From positions 18,380 through 82,379 of the forward strand of contig CACFXK010000002.1 in NCBI GenBank assembly GCA_902570125.1: a stretch of DNA of 64,000 nt. Direction: 5' to 3'. This document shows, piece after piece, positions 56,511 through 64,000 of this stretch (position 1 is its first letter; every line of letters starts with the position of its first letter). The position numbers and the translations under genes were made by a program. Source of the stretch: an uncultured Pelagibacteraceae bacterium. Its GTDB lineage: Bacteria > Pseudomonadota > Alphaproteobacteria > Pelagibacterales > Pelagibacteraceae. Below the pieces are notes generated by a model, which worked only from the letters and a program-made list of their open reading frames with translations, had not been told where the DNA came from and made no database searches.

Positions 56511-58016
56511 TTACATCACCACGCCTACTTGCCAAGGATTAAACTCCTCGTCACCGTAGCCGTTAATTTCACTTTTCGATTTATTTCCTGAAGCAGTTTT
56601 TACAACTAGATCAAATATTCTATTTCCAACTTTTTCAATGTCTTCTTTACCTTCTGCAATAGTCCCACAATTTATATCCATATCTTCTTCCATTTTTTCA
56701 TACATCGCAGTATTTGTAGATAATTTTAAACTTGGAACAGGTTTACATCCGAAACATGAACCTCTACCTGTTGTAAAACAAATTATATTTGCACCTGAAG
56801 CGACTTGACCTGTTACAGACACGGGGTCATACCCTGGTGAATCCATAAAGTTAAAACCTTTATTTTTTAATGGTTCTGCATATTCAAGCACATCCTCTAG
56901 AATTGATTTACCACCTTTAGCAACTGCACCCAGTGACTTTTCAAGTATGGTAGTTAAACCACCTCGTTTATTCCCAGGAGCAGGATTATTATCCATTGTG
57001 CTATTATTAATTGAAGTATAGTTTTTCCACCATTTTAATCTTTCAATTAATTTATCTGCTGTTTTTTGACTGTTTGCTCTGTTAATTAGAAGATGCTCAG
57101 CCCCATAAATTTCAGGAGTTTCAGATAATATTGAACTTCCACCTTTTTTAACTAACAAATCAGCTGCAACACCTAAAGCTGGATTTGCAGTAATACCAGA
57201 GTACCCATCTGATCCTCCACATTGAAGAGCTAAAGTTAAATGACTTACAGACTGAGGAGTTCTTTTAATTTTGTTAGCTTCAGGTAATAAATTTTTTATT
57301 TGCAATAGAACTTTTTCGACAATTTTTTTAGTTCCACCTTCGTCCTGAATTGTTAAAAAATGAATTCTATTATGTTTTTTTATAGACTCATCAAACAAAC
57401 TCACTTGCGCACACTCACAACCTAAGCCAATAACAAATACATGAGAAAAATTTGGATGGTTCTTAAAACCGTCAATTGTTCTTTGAAACATTTGCATTCC
57501 TTCGCTTACAGTATTCATTCCACATCCAGTAGAGTGAGTAATCGGAACTATGCCATCAATATTAGGATAATCATTTAGAATGTTAGAATATTTTATTTTT
57601 TCAACAATCATTTTAGTAACAGTTGCTGAACAGTTAACTGTACTAACGATACCTATATAATTTCTAGTAGCTACTTGACCGTTATCTCTTAATATTCCAT
57701 TGAAAAAGGTATCAACTTTTTCATCAACAATTGTTTTTTTATTTTTTACTTGAAATTCTCTATCAAATTCTTTGAATTCTAAATTATGAGAATGAACATG
57801 TTCACCAGCGGTAATATTTTTTGACGCAAATCCAATTATCTGATCATACTTAATTATAGGATCACCTTTGTTTATGGGTTTTAAACAAACTTTGTGTCCA
57901 AATGGTATAGGATCAATAGTACTTATCTCTTGACCATTAATTTTCGTTTTTTCTGGTATAATAAATTGACTTACGCCTACATTATCATTTTTATTGAGTA
58001 CAATTAGACTATTCAT
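56511..58016 (-). CDS. UxaA/GarD-family sugar-acid dehydratase (SAF + altronate/galactarate dehydratase domains)
   Basis: IPFGHK, HVHSHN, TRNY, TVNCS, H..GCG, GLGCE, QCGGSD..SGITANP, NPAPGNKRGGLTTI.EKSLG, FTTGRG. Confidence 0.9.
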   Translation of the reverse strand: MNSLIVLNKNDNVGVSQFIIPEKTKINGQEISTIDPIPFGHKVCLKPINKGDPIIKYDQIIGFASKNITAGEHVHSHNLEFKEFDREFQVKNKKTIVDEKVDTFFNGILRDNGQVATRNYIGIVSTVNCSATVTKMIVEKIKYSNILNDYPNIDGIVPITHSTGCGMNTVSEGMQMFQRTIDGFKNHPNFSHVFVIGLGCECAQVSLFDESIKKHNRIHFLTIQDEGGTKKIVEKVLLQIKNLLPEANKIKRTPQSVSHLTLALQCGGSDGYSGITANPALGVAADLLVKKGGSSILSETPEIYGAEHLLINRANSQKTADKLIERLKWWKNYTSINNSTMDNNPAPGNKRGGLTTILEKSLGAVAKGGKSILEDVLEYAEPLKNKGFNFMDSPGYDPVSVTGQVASGANIICFTTGRGSCFGCKPVPSLKLSTNTAMYEKMEEDMDINCGTIAEGKEDIEKVGNRIFDLVVKTASGNKSKSEINGYGDEEFNPWQVGVVM

Positions 58017-58063
58017 TTTTTAATTTAGGTTTTATATATCATTATAATATATTTTATTAATTT

Positions 58064-59839
58064 ATGAAAAAGAAGAATTTAAGAAGTAAACAATGGTTTG
58101 ACGACCCAAAAGATCCGGGTATGACAGCTATGTATTTAGAAAGATATCTAAATTATGGTCTTACAAGAAAAGAACTTCAATCAGGAAATCCAATAATTGG
58201 AATAGCCCAATCAGGGAGTGATTTATCTCCATGTAACAGACATTTTTTGGATTTAAGTAAAAGAATTAAAGATGGAATTAGAAGAGCAGGTGGTATTCCG
58301 ATGGAATTTCCTACTCACCCAATTCAAGAAACTGGAAAAAAGCCTACTGCAATGTTGGACAGAAACTTATCATATTTATCTTTGGTTGAGATACTTTATG
58401 GATACCCACTTGATGGAGTTATACTTACAACTGGATGTGATAAAACTACCCCAGCAGCGTTAATGGCAGCTGCAACAGTTAATATTCCTGCAATTGTTTT
58501 ATCTGGTGGTCCAATGCTTGATGGAAATTATAAAGGTAAGAAAGCTGGTGCAGGAACCATTATTTGGGAAGCAAGAAGATTACATGCTAAGGGAGAAATT
58601 AATTACGAAGAATTTATGGATATGGCAGCAGCATCTTCGCCAAGTCCTGGTCACTGTAATACAATGGGAACAGCTTCATCAATGAATTCTGTTGCTGAGG
58701 CATTGGGAATGTCTTTACCTGGATGTGCAGTAATACCAGCTCCTTATAGAGAAAGAGAGCAAATTTCTTTTGAGACTGGATCGAGAATTGTAAAAATGGT
58801 TCACGAAGATTTAACTCCTTCAAAAATTATGACAAAGAAAGCTTTTGAAAATGCAGTTATAGTTGCAAGTGCTATAGGAGCATCTAGCAATTGTACCACA
58901 CATTTAATTGCTATCGCAAAACATATGGGTATTAAATTTGATTTATCTAATTGGCAAAAACTTGGGCACAAAATACCTTTGTTAGCAAACTGCCAACCTG
59001 CAGGTGAACATTTAATGGAGGGTTTTTATCGAGCTGGAGGAATACCAGCAATCATGAAAGAATTAATGAAGAATAATAAAATTCATCAAAACTTAATTAC
59101 TGTAACTGGTAAAACAGTTGCGCAAAATTTAAGAAAAAAAATCGATGTGGATAGAGATGTGATTAAAACTTTTAAAGATAATTTGACTGATAAGGCAGGG
59201 TTTCTAGTTATGAAAGGAAATTTTTTTTCATCAGCAATTATGAAAACCTCAGTAATTAGTAAAGAGTTTAGAGAGAGATATTTATCAAATCCTAAGCACC
59301 CTAATGTTTTTAAAGGTAAAGCAGTAGTTTTTGAAGGCCCTGAGGATTATCACCACAGGATTAATAGCAAGAAACTAAAAATAGATGAAAATTCTATTTT
59401 AATAATAAGAGGCTGTGGCCCTGTTGGATACCCTGGTTCTGCTGAGGTGGTTAATATGCAACCACCTGATAGACTACTTAAAAAAGGCATTAATGCACTT
59501 CCAACTCTTGGAGATGGAAGACAGAGTGGTACCTCTGAAAGCCCATCTATTCTTCATGTATCACCAGAATCTGCTGTCGGCGGTGATTTAGCTATTGTTA
59601 AGACAGGAGATAAAATGACAATAGATCTAAATAAAAGAAGAGTTGATCTTCAAATATCAAAGTCTGAATTTATTAAAAGAAGAAAAAAGAAAAAGATAAA
59701 GAAACTTACAAATCAAACACCGTGGCAAGAAATATCTAGATCAAATGTTGGTCAACTTGAAGACGGTGCATGTATTATGTCAAGAGATCAGTACTTAGAT
59801 ATCACTAAAACAAAAGGAGTTCTAAGAAACTCTCATTAG
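58064..59839 (+). CDS. IlvD/Edd-family sugar-acid dehydratase (D-xylonate dehydratase XylD-like)
   Basis: RSKQWFDDP..MTAMYLERYLNYG, SPCN, GCDKT, GHCNTMGTAS, SAEVVNMQPP, GDGRQSGTS; resembles Caulobacter XylD as remembered. Confidence 0.85.
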   Translation: MKKKNLRSKQWFDDPKDPGMTAMYLERYLNYGLTRKELQSGNPIIGIAQSGSDLSPCNRHFLDLSKRIKDGIRRAGGIPMEFPTHPIQETGKKPTAMLDRNLSYLSLVEILYGYPLDGVILTTGCDKTTPAALMAAATVNIPAIVLSGGPMLDGNYKGKKAGAGTIIWEARRLHAKGEINYEEFMDMAAASSPSPGHCNTMGTASSMNSVAEALGMSLPGCAVIPAPYREREQISFETGSRIVKMVHEDLTPSKIMTKKAFENAVIVASAIGASSNCTTHLIAIAKHMGIKFDLSNWQKLGHKIPLLANCQPAGEHLMEGFYRAGGIPAIMKELMKNNKIHQNLITVTGKTVAQNLRKKIDVDRDVIKTFKDNLTDKAGFLVMKGNFFSSAIMKTSVISKEFRERYLSNPKHPNVFKGKAVVFEGPEDYHHRINSKKLKIDENSILIIRGCGPVGYPGSAEVVNMQPPDRLLKKGINALPTLGDGRQSGTSESPSILHVSPESAVGGDLAIVKTGDKMTIDLNKRRVDLQISKSEFIKRRKKKKIKKLTNQTPWQEISRSNVGQLEDGACIMSRDQYLDITKTKGVLRNSH

Positions 59840-60808
59840 ATGAAACCAAAAATTTTAGTTTCTCGAAAAATTTCTGATGGCGCAGAAGAAATATTAAAAA
59901 AAGAATTTGATGTAACTCTTAATTTAGAAGACAAACCTTACACATACGAGGAATTAATAAAACTTGCTAATGAGTATGATGGTTTAATCTCTACTAGTTT
60001 TGATAAATTAGATAAAAATTTTTTTGATAGTTTAAATGGAAAATTAAAAATTATTGGTCATGTTGGAGTTGGATATGACAATATTCATACACAATCAGCT
60101 AAAGAAAAAAATATCAAAGTTTCAAATACACCAAATGTATTAAATGATGCTGTAGCAGAAATAACAATTCTTTTAATTTTAGCATCATCCAGAAGAATTG
60201 GTGAGGCTTATAATTTAGTTAAGTCCAATACTTGGAAAGATCATAGACCAGATATAACTAAATTAATGGTTGGTAATGAAATTACAGGAAAAACTTTAGG
60301 CATCATAGGAATGGGAAGAATTGGTCAGATCGTAGCTGAAAGAGCAAGAGCTTTTAAAATGAAAGTAATTTATTTCAATAGAAATAAATTACCTAAAGAT
60401 TTTGAGAAAGATGCTACTTATTATTCAGATTTAAAATCTATGCTACCTAATTGTGATTATATAAGCTTACATACACCTGCTACTGCTGAAACCAAAAACA
60501 TAATTAATTCAGAAACTTTGAAATTATTTCCAAAACATTCAGTATTCATAAATACATCAAGAGGCTCAACCGTAGATGACGATGCACTAATAGAAGCTTT
60601 GAAAAACAAAAAAATATATGGTGCTGGACTTGACGTATTTAATAATGAACCAAATCCAGATAAAAGATATTTAGAATTAGATAATTGTTTTGTCTTACCT
60701 CATATTGGTAGTGCGACACATGAAACACGATTAGCTATGAGCATGCTAGCAGTTAATAATTTAAAGTGTTTTTTCTCAAATAAACCATTACTTTCAGAAG
60801 TGGTTTAA
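59840..60808 (+). CDS. Glyoxylate/hydroxypyruvate reductase-like 2-hydroxyacid dehydrogenase
   Basis: GVGYDNI, NTPNVL, GMGRIG, NTSRG, DVFNNEP, LPHIGSAT. Confidence 0.87.
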   Translation: MKPKILVSRKISDGAEEILKKEFDVTLNLEDKPYTYEELIKLANEYDGLISTSFDKLDKNFFDSLNGKLKIIGHVGVGYDNIHTQSAKEKNIKVSNTPNVLNDAVAEITILLILASSRRIGEAYNLVKSNTWKDHRPDITKLMVGNEITGKTLGIIGMGRIGQIVAERARAFKMKVIYFNRNKLPKDFEKDATYYSDLKSMLPNCDYISLHTPATAETKNIINSETLKLFPKHSVFINTSRGSTVDDDALIEALKNKKIYGAGLDVFNNEPNPDKRYLELDNCFVLPHIGSATHETRLAMSMLAVNNLKCFFSNKPLLSEVV

Positions 60809-60932
60809 TATTCGACTAAAAGTTGTACTATTAAAAATTATATATTTTACAAATATATAAATTCTCTCTTTTATTTGAAATCTTTTTCTCTTTGTGTTTA
60901 AATTTAACTAATAACACAACTGAGAGGAAATA

Positions 60933-61949
60933 ATGTTAAGATTAATAACAAAAATAACTGCTGCTATTGCTGTGGTCTCTATTGCTTTATTTGGTTCTGC
61001 AAATGCAAAAACTTTAAAAATAGAAACTCACTTTACAGCTAGCTCACCTAATGGTGAAGTTGCAGCTCAATTCGCTAAAAACGTTGAAAAGTTTTCTGGC
61101 GGAAGCTTAAAAGTTCAAATGTTCTACTCATCATCAGTTACAGGAAAGTCTGCTGAGGTATTTAACTCTGCACAAACTGGAATTATTGACTGTGATATGA
61201 CAGGTGCTGGATACCAAACTGGTAAAAATGCAGCTTTCCAATTCGCAGGCGATGTAATGGGTGGATATGACAACCCGTATCAACAATATGAATTCTTGAA
61301 TTTCCCAGGAGCTCAAGAAGCTGTTGATGCACTTTACAATAAATATGGAATGACTTTAATTGGTTGGTGGATACCAGGACATGAGTCTTTAATTTCTAGC
61401 AGACCAATTCCAGATGTTGCTTCACTAAAAGACTTTAAATTTAGATCACCTCCAGGAATGGAAAGTATGATCTTTACAGCATTAGGAGCTAAACCAATCG
61501 TTATGGACTTCGGTGAAGTTCCAACTGCTTTACAAACTGGTCTAATTGATGGTGCTGACTATTCTTCATTAGCAACAAACTATGCTGGTGGACACTATGA
61601 GCAAAACAAATATGCTACATATCCAGGTTTCCACTCTATGCCAGCTGACCACCTAGCTTGTAACACAAAAGTTTGGAATAAGTTAAAGCCTCATGAACAA
61701 GGTGCGATGTTAGCTGCAATAGAAATCTGTGGTAGAACTATCACTAGTTTGGTTGAGAGAAAAAATGCCGAAGCTGTAAAAGCTTTAAATGAGATGGGTG
61801 TTACTCTTCATGACTGGTCTAGAGAAGACAGACTTAAATTCAGAAATGCTGCATTAGGAGCTTGGGAAGAATGGAAGAAAAAATCTCCTGAAGCTGCCGC
61901 TCTTATTGAGATACACAAAGCTTACATGAAAGCTAACGGTATCCTATAA
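60933..61949 (+). CDS. dctP: TRAP transporter substrate-binding protein DctP
   Basis: Signal peptide; KFRSPPG (carboxylate-binding Arg), GEVPTALQTGLIDGAD; GAGAGG SD. Confidence 0.92.
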   Translation: MLRLITKITAAIAVVSIALFGSANAKTLKIETHFTASSPNGEVAAQFAKNVEKFSGGSLKVQMFYSSSVTGKSAEVFNSAQTGIIDCDMTGAGYQTGKNAAFQFAGDVMGGYDNPYQQYEFLNFPGAQEAVDALYNKYGMTLIGWWIPGHESLISSRPIPDVASLKDFKFRSPPGMESMIFTALGAKPIVMDFGEVPTALQTGLIDGADYSSLATNYAGGHYEQNKYATYPGFHSMPADHLACNTKVWNKLKPHEQGAMLAAIEICGRTITSLVERKNAEAVKALNEMGVTLHDWSREDRLKFRNAALGAWEEWKKKSPEAAALIEIHKAYMKANGIL

Positions 61950-61971
61950 TAAAAAGCACTTAACAAAATAT

Positions 61972-61995
61972 AGAAGGGCCTTAAATGGCCCTTCT
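61972..61995 (+). terminator. Stem-loop after dctP
   Basis: AGAAGGGCC-ttaaat-GGCCCTTCT; weak U-tract. Confidence 0.75.
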
Positions 61996-62013
61996 TATAA
62001 ATATTTTTTAATA

Positions 62014-62598
62014 ATGAGTGATAAAGAGTTACAAGACAAACAATTACAAGAGCAAAATGAAAAAGTTGCAAGTAAAGATGATTTTCCAATAAATTGGATT
62101 GATAGAATTTCATTATTTTTAAGCCACACAATTAAATATTTAATCCCTGTAATAGTAATCGTAATGATGTATGAAATTTTTATGAGGTACGTGCTATTTA
62201 AACCTACATTATGGGCCAATGAATTATGTTTATGGTTGGCAGGTGTTTGTTATTTAGTTGGTGGAATATATGCTACGAGACTTAGAAGTCATATCAGAAT
62301 TGTCTTATTATATGACTATGTAAGCAGGCCAACTCAGCGTATTTTTGATCTAATTAGTACTCTTATTATTGTTACTTTTGCAGCTGCTGTAATTTATGGA
62401 GGCATGGAAGATGCATATAGATCATTTATAAATTGGGAAAGATTTGCAACTTATTGGGATCCACCAATTCCTGCAACCATGAAGCCACTCACGCTTATTT
62501 GTATATTTCTTATAGCTCTACAATCAATAAATAATTTAATTATTGATTGGAAAAATCCTAAAGAAAAACAGTACCAACCTGCTAAAGATTTAAAATAA
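62014..62598 (+). CDS. dctQ: TRAP transporter small permease DctQ
   Basis: 4 TM segments, MRYVLFKPTLWANE, HIRI. Confidence 0.9.
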   Translation: MSDKELQDKQLQEQNEKVASKDDFPINWIDRISLFLSHTIKYLIPVIVIVMMYEIFMRYVLFKPTLWANELCLWLAGVCYLVGGIYATRLRSHIRIVLLYDYVSRPTQRIFDLISTLIIVTFAAAVIYGGMEDAYRSFINWERFATYWDPPIPATMKPLTLICIFLIALQSINNLIIDWKNPKEKQYQPAKDLK

Positions 62599-62599
62599 A

Positions 62600-63922
62600 A
62601 TGGAATTTGAGATAGGGACACTCTCGATAATACTAATAGTAGGACTATTAGCATTGATATCAATAGGTGTGCCTATGGGTTTTGCTTCAGGTTTTATGGG
62701 AGCAGTGCTTGTATTTTTATACATAGGTGAACATGCTTTAGGAATTTTGCTTTCAAGGTATTATTCTCTTGTTGTAACTTACTCATTCTTATCGGTACCA
62801 TTATTTATATTCATGGCCTCCTTACTCGAACGCTCGAATATTGCAAGAGACTTGTATGATGCCTTAAATGCTTGGTTAAGAAAAACTAGAGGCGGAGTAG
62901 GTGTAGTAACAGCAATCATGGCAACAATAATGGCAGCGATGAGTGGTATAATCGGAGGAGAGATAGTTTTATTGGGGCTGATTGCACTACCCCAGATGTT
63001 GAGATTGAAATATGATCAAGATATGTCGATTGGTATTATTTGTGCATCGGGTTCTTTAGGCACAATGATCCCACCATCTATTGTTTTAATTATTTATGGA
63101 CTAACAACAGAAACTTCAATTACCATGTTGTTTCAAGAAGCAATCGTTCCTGGTTTAATGATATCCGGTTTAATAATTACATACATTCTTATTAGAACAA
63201 GAATACAACCTCATCTTGCACCGTTAAGTGATGAACCAGCTTTAACTTTAAAAGAAAAGATGTCGTATCTCCCTGGTCTTTTACCACCTATTGGTATTGT
63301 TATAATTGTTTTGGGTTCAATTTATTCTGGAATGACTGGTATAACTGAAGCAGCTGGTATGGGTGTAGTTGCAACACTAATTATTATCGCCGCTAGAAAA
63401 GAGCTGACATGGTTTCTATTTAAAGATGCGCTTGTTCGAACTTTTAAAGCTTCAGGAACCATATTAACTATTACTTTTGGTGCTACGGTTTTAGCTGGAG
63501 CTTATTCTTTAGCGGGTGGACCAACCTATGTAGCAGAAACTATTTTAGCTTATGATTTAAAACCAATGTACTTAATCTTTATGATGCAAATAATGTTTTT
63601 AATAATGGGTGCATTCATGGATTGGGTTGGAATAGTTCTATTAGCAATGCCAGTTTTTTTACCAATAGTACTAGCTCTGGGTTTTGATCCTATTTGGTTT
63701 GGAATACTATTCTGTGTAAATATGCAAGTTTCATTTTTAAGCCCACCATTTGGTCCTGCAGCATTCTATTTAAAATCAGTTGCTCCACCACACATTTCAC
63801 TAACTGATATTTTCAGAGGTTTTGCACCATTTATAGTAATTCAATTGATTGTTTTGGCTTGTGTTATGTTCTTTCCAGAAGCAATGACGCAAAACTTCCA
63901 CGATTTTGTTCCTAGAAAATAA
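62600..63922 (+). CDS. dctM: TRAP transporter large permease DctM
   Basis: VPLFIFM, GSLGTMIPPSI, FLSPPFG. Confidence 0.93.
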   Translation: MEFEIGTLSIILIVGLLALISIGVPMGFASGFMGAVLVFLYIGEHALGILLSRYYSLVVTYSFLSVPLFIFMASLLERSNIARDLYDALNAWLRKTRGGVGVVTAIMATIMAAMSGIIGGEIVLLGLIALPQMLRLKYDQDMSIGIICASGSLGTMIPPSIVLIIYGLTTETSITMLFQEAIVPGLMISGLIITYILIRTRIQPHLAPLSDEPALTLKEKMSYLPGLLPPIGIVIIVLGSIYSGMTGITEAAGMGVVATLIIIAARKELTWFLFKDALVRTFKASGTILTITFGATVLAGAYSLAGGPTYVAETILAYDLKPMYLIFMMQIMFLIMGAFMDWVGIVLLAMPVFLPIVLALGFDPIWFGILFCVNMQVSFLSPPFGPAAFYLKSVAPPHISLTDIFRGFAPFIVIQLIVLACVMFFPEAMTQNFHDFVPRK

Positions 63923-64000
63923 TGCAAAATATAGGTTTTATTGGTACTGGCCTTATGGGCTTTCCAATGGCAAAAAATATATTAAAAGCAGGATACAAAG
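63922..64000 (+). CDS. Start of a beta-hydroxyacid dehydrogenase (3-hydroxyisobutyrate DH / tartronate semialdehyde reductase family), truncated by window edge
   Basis: MQNIGFIGTGLMGFPMAKNILKAGYK; ATG overlaps the dctM stop. Confidence 0.82.
   Translation, partial: MQNIGFIGTGLMGFPMAKNILKAGYK

Larger units (their letters stand above)
23318..64000. other. Flexible catabolic region for inositol, sugars and sugar acids (right end beyond window)
   Basis: Abrupt switch from housekeeping genes to about 35 transport and catabolic genes; no integrase or tRNA seen at the left edge. Confidence 0.7.

Noticed and set aside
58064-59839. Branched-chain amino acid dihydroxy-acid dehydratase ilvD
   Set aside because: N-terminal and NMQPP/GDGRQSGT signatures match the sugar-acid (XylD) subfamily, and the context is catabolic.
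948-62663. Many 60-173 aa ORFs antisense to or nested within long genes (e.g. 3574..3891, 10324..10719, 31282..31803, 40463..40942, 45411..45782)
   Set aside because: Shadow ORFs overlapping well-supported genes; no motifs, and Ile/Ser/Phe/Leu composition typical of antisense frames.
1-64000. tRNA, rRNA, CRISPR array, IS, integrase or prophage
   Set aside because: All intergenic gaps are under about 230 bp and show no cloverleaf, repeat-spacer pattern or mobility gene.

Overview
Very AT-rich, densely packed alphaproteobacterial chromosome segment. Gene content and order, near-zero intergenic spacing and Lys/Ile/Asn-rich proteins point to SAR11 (Pelagibacterales). Bases 1-23310 are core genome: accC-accB-aroQ, thiSG, rne, PBP1A, prfB with a +1 programmed frameshift, an AsmA-like protein with internal repeats, tyrS, anmK, an iscR-suf operon with an IscR box, glnA, YbaK and a DMT transporter. 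Bases 23318-64000 are a >40 kb sugar/polyol/sugar-acid catabolic island with four transporter systems (ribose-type ABC, TTT, glucose-type ABC, TRAP) and no recognisable transcription regulator or mobility gene. Main candidates for new biology: (1) a PdxA-family decarboxylase + L-lyxonate dehydratase + TTT transporter + SDR module resembling the lower half of the bacterial vitamin C (ascorbate) breakdown pathway, possibly ending in pyruvate plus a C2 glycine precursor; (2) a full-length homologue of eukaryotic C11orf54/DUF1907 (3-dehydro-L-gulonate decarboxylase) flanked by catalytically altered PanE-like and PanB-like proteins and two Fe/2OG oxygenases; (3) an iolG/iolE/iolD inositol pathway with no iolB/C/J/A in the window. 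No rRNA, tRNA, CRISPR or mobile element was seen. All family calls come from motif recognition and remembered reference sequences; no database search was run.
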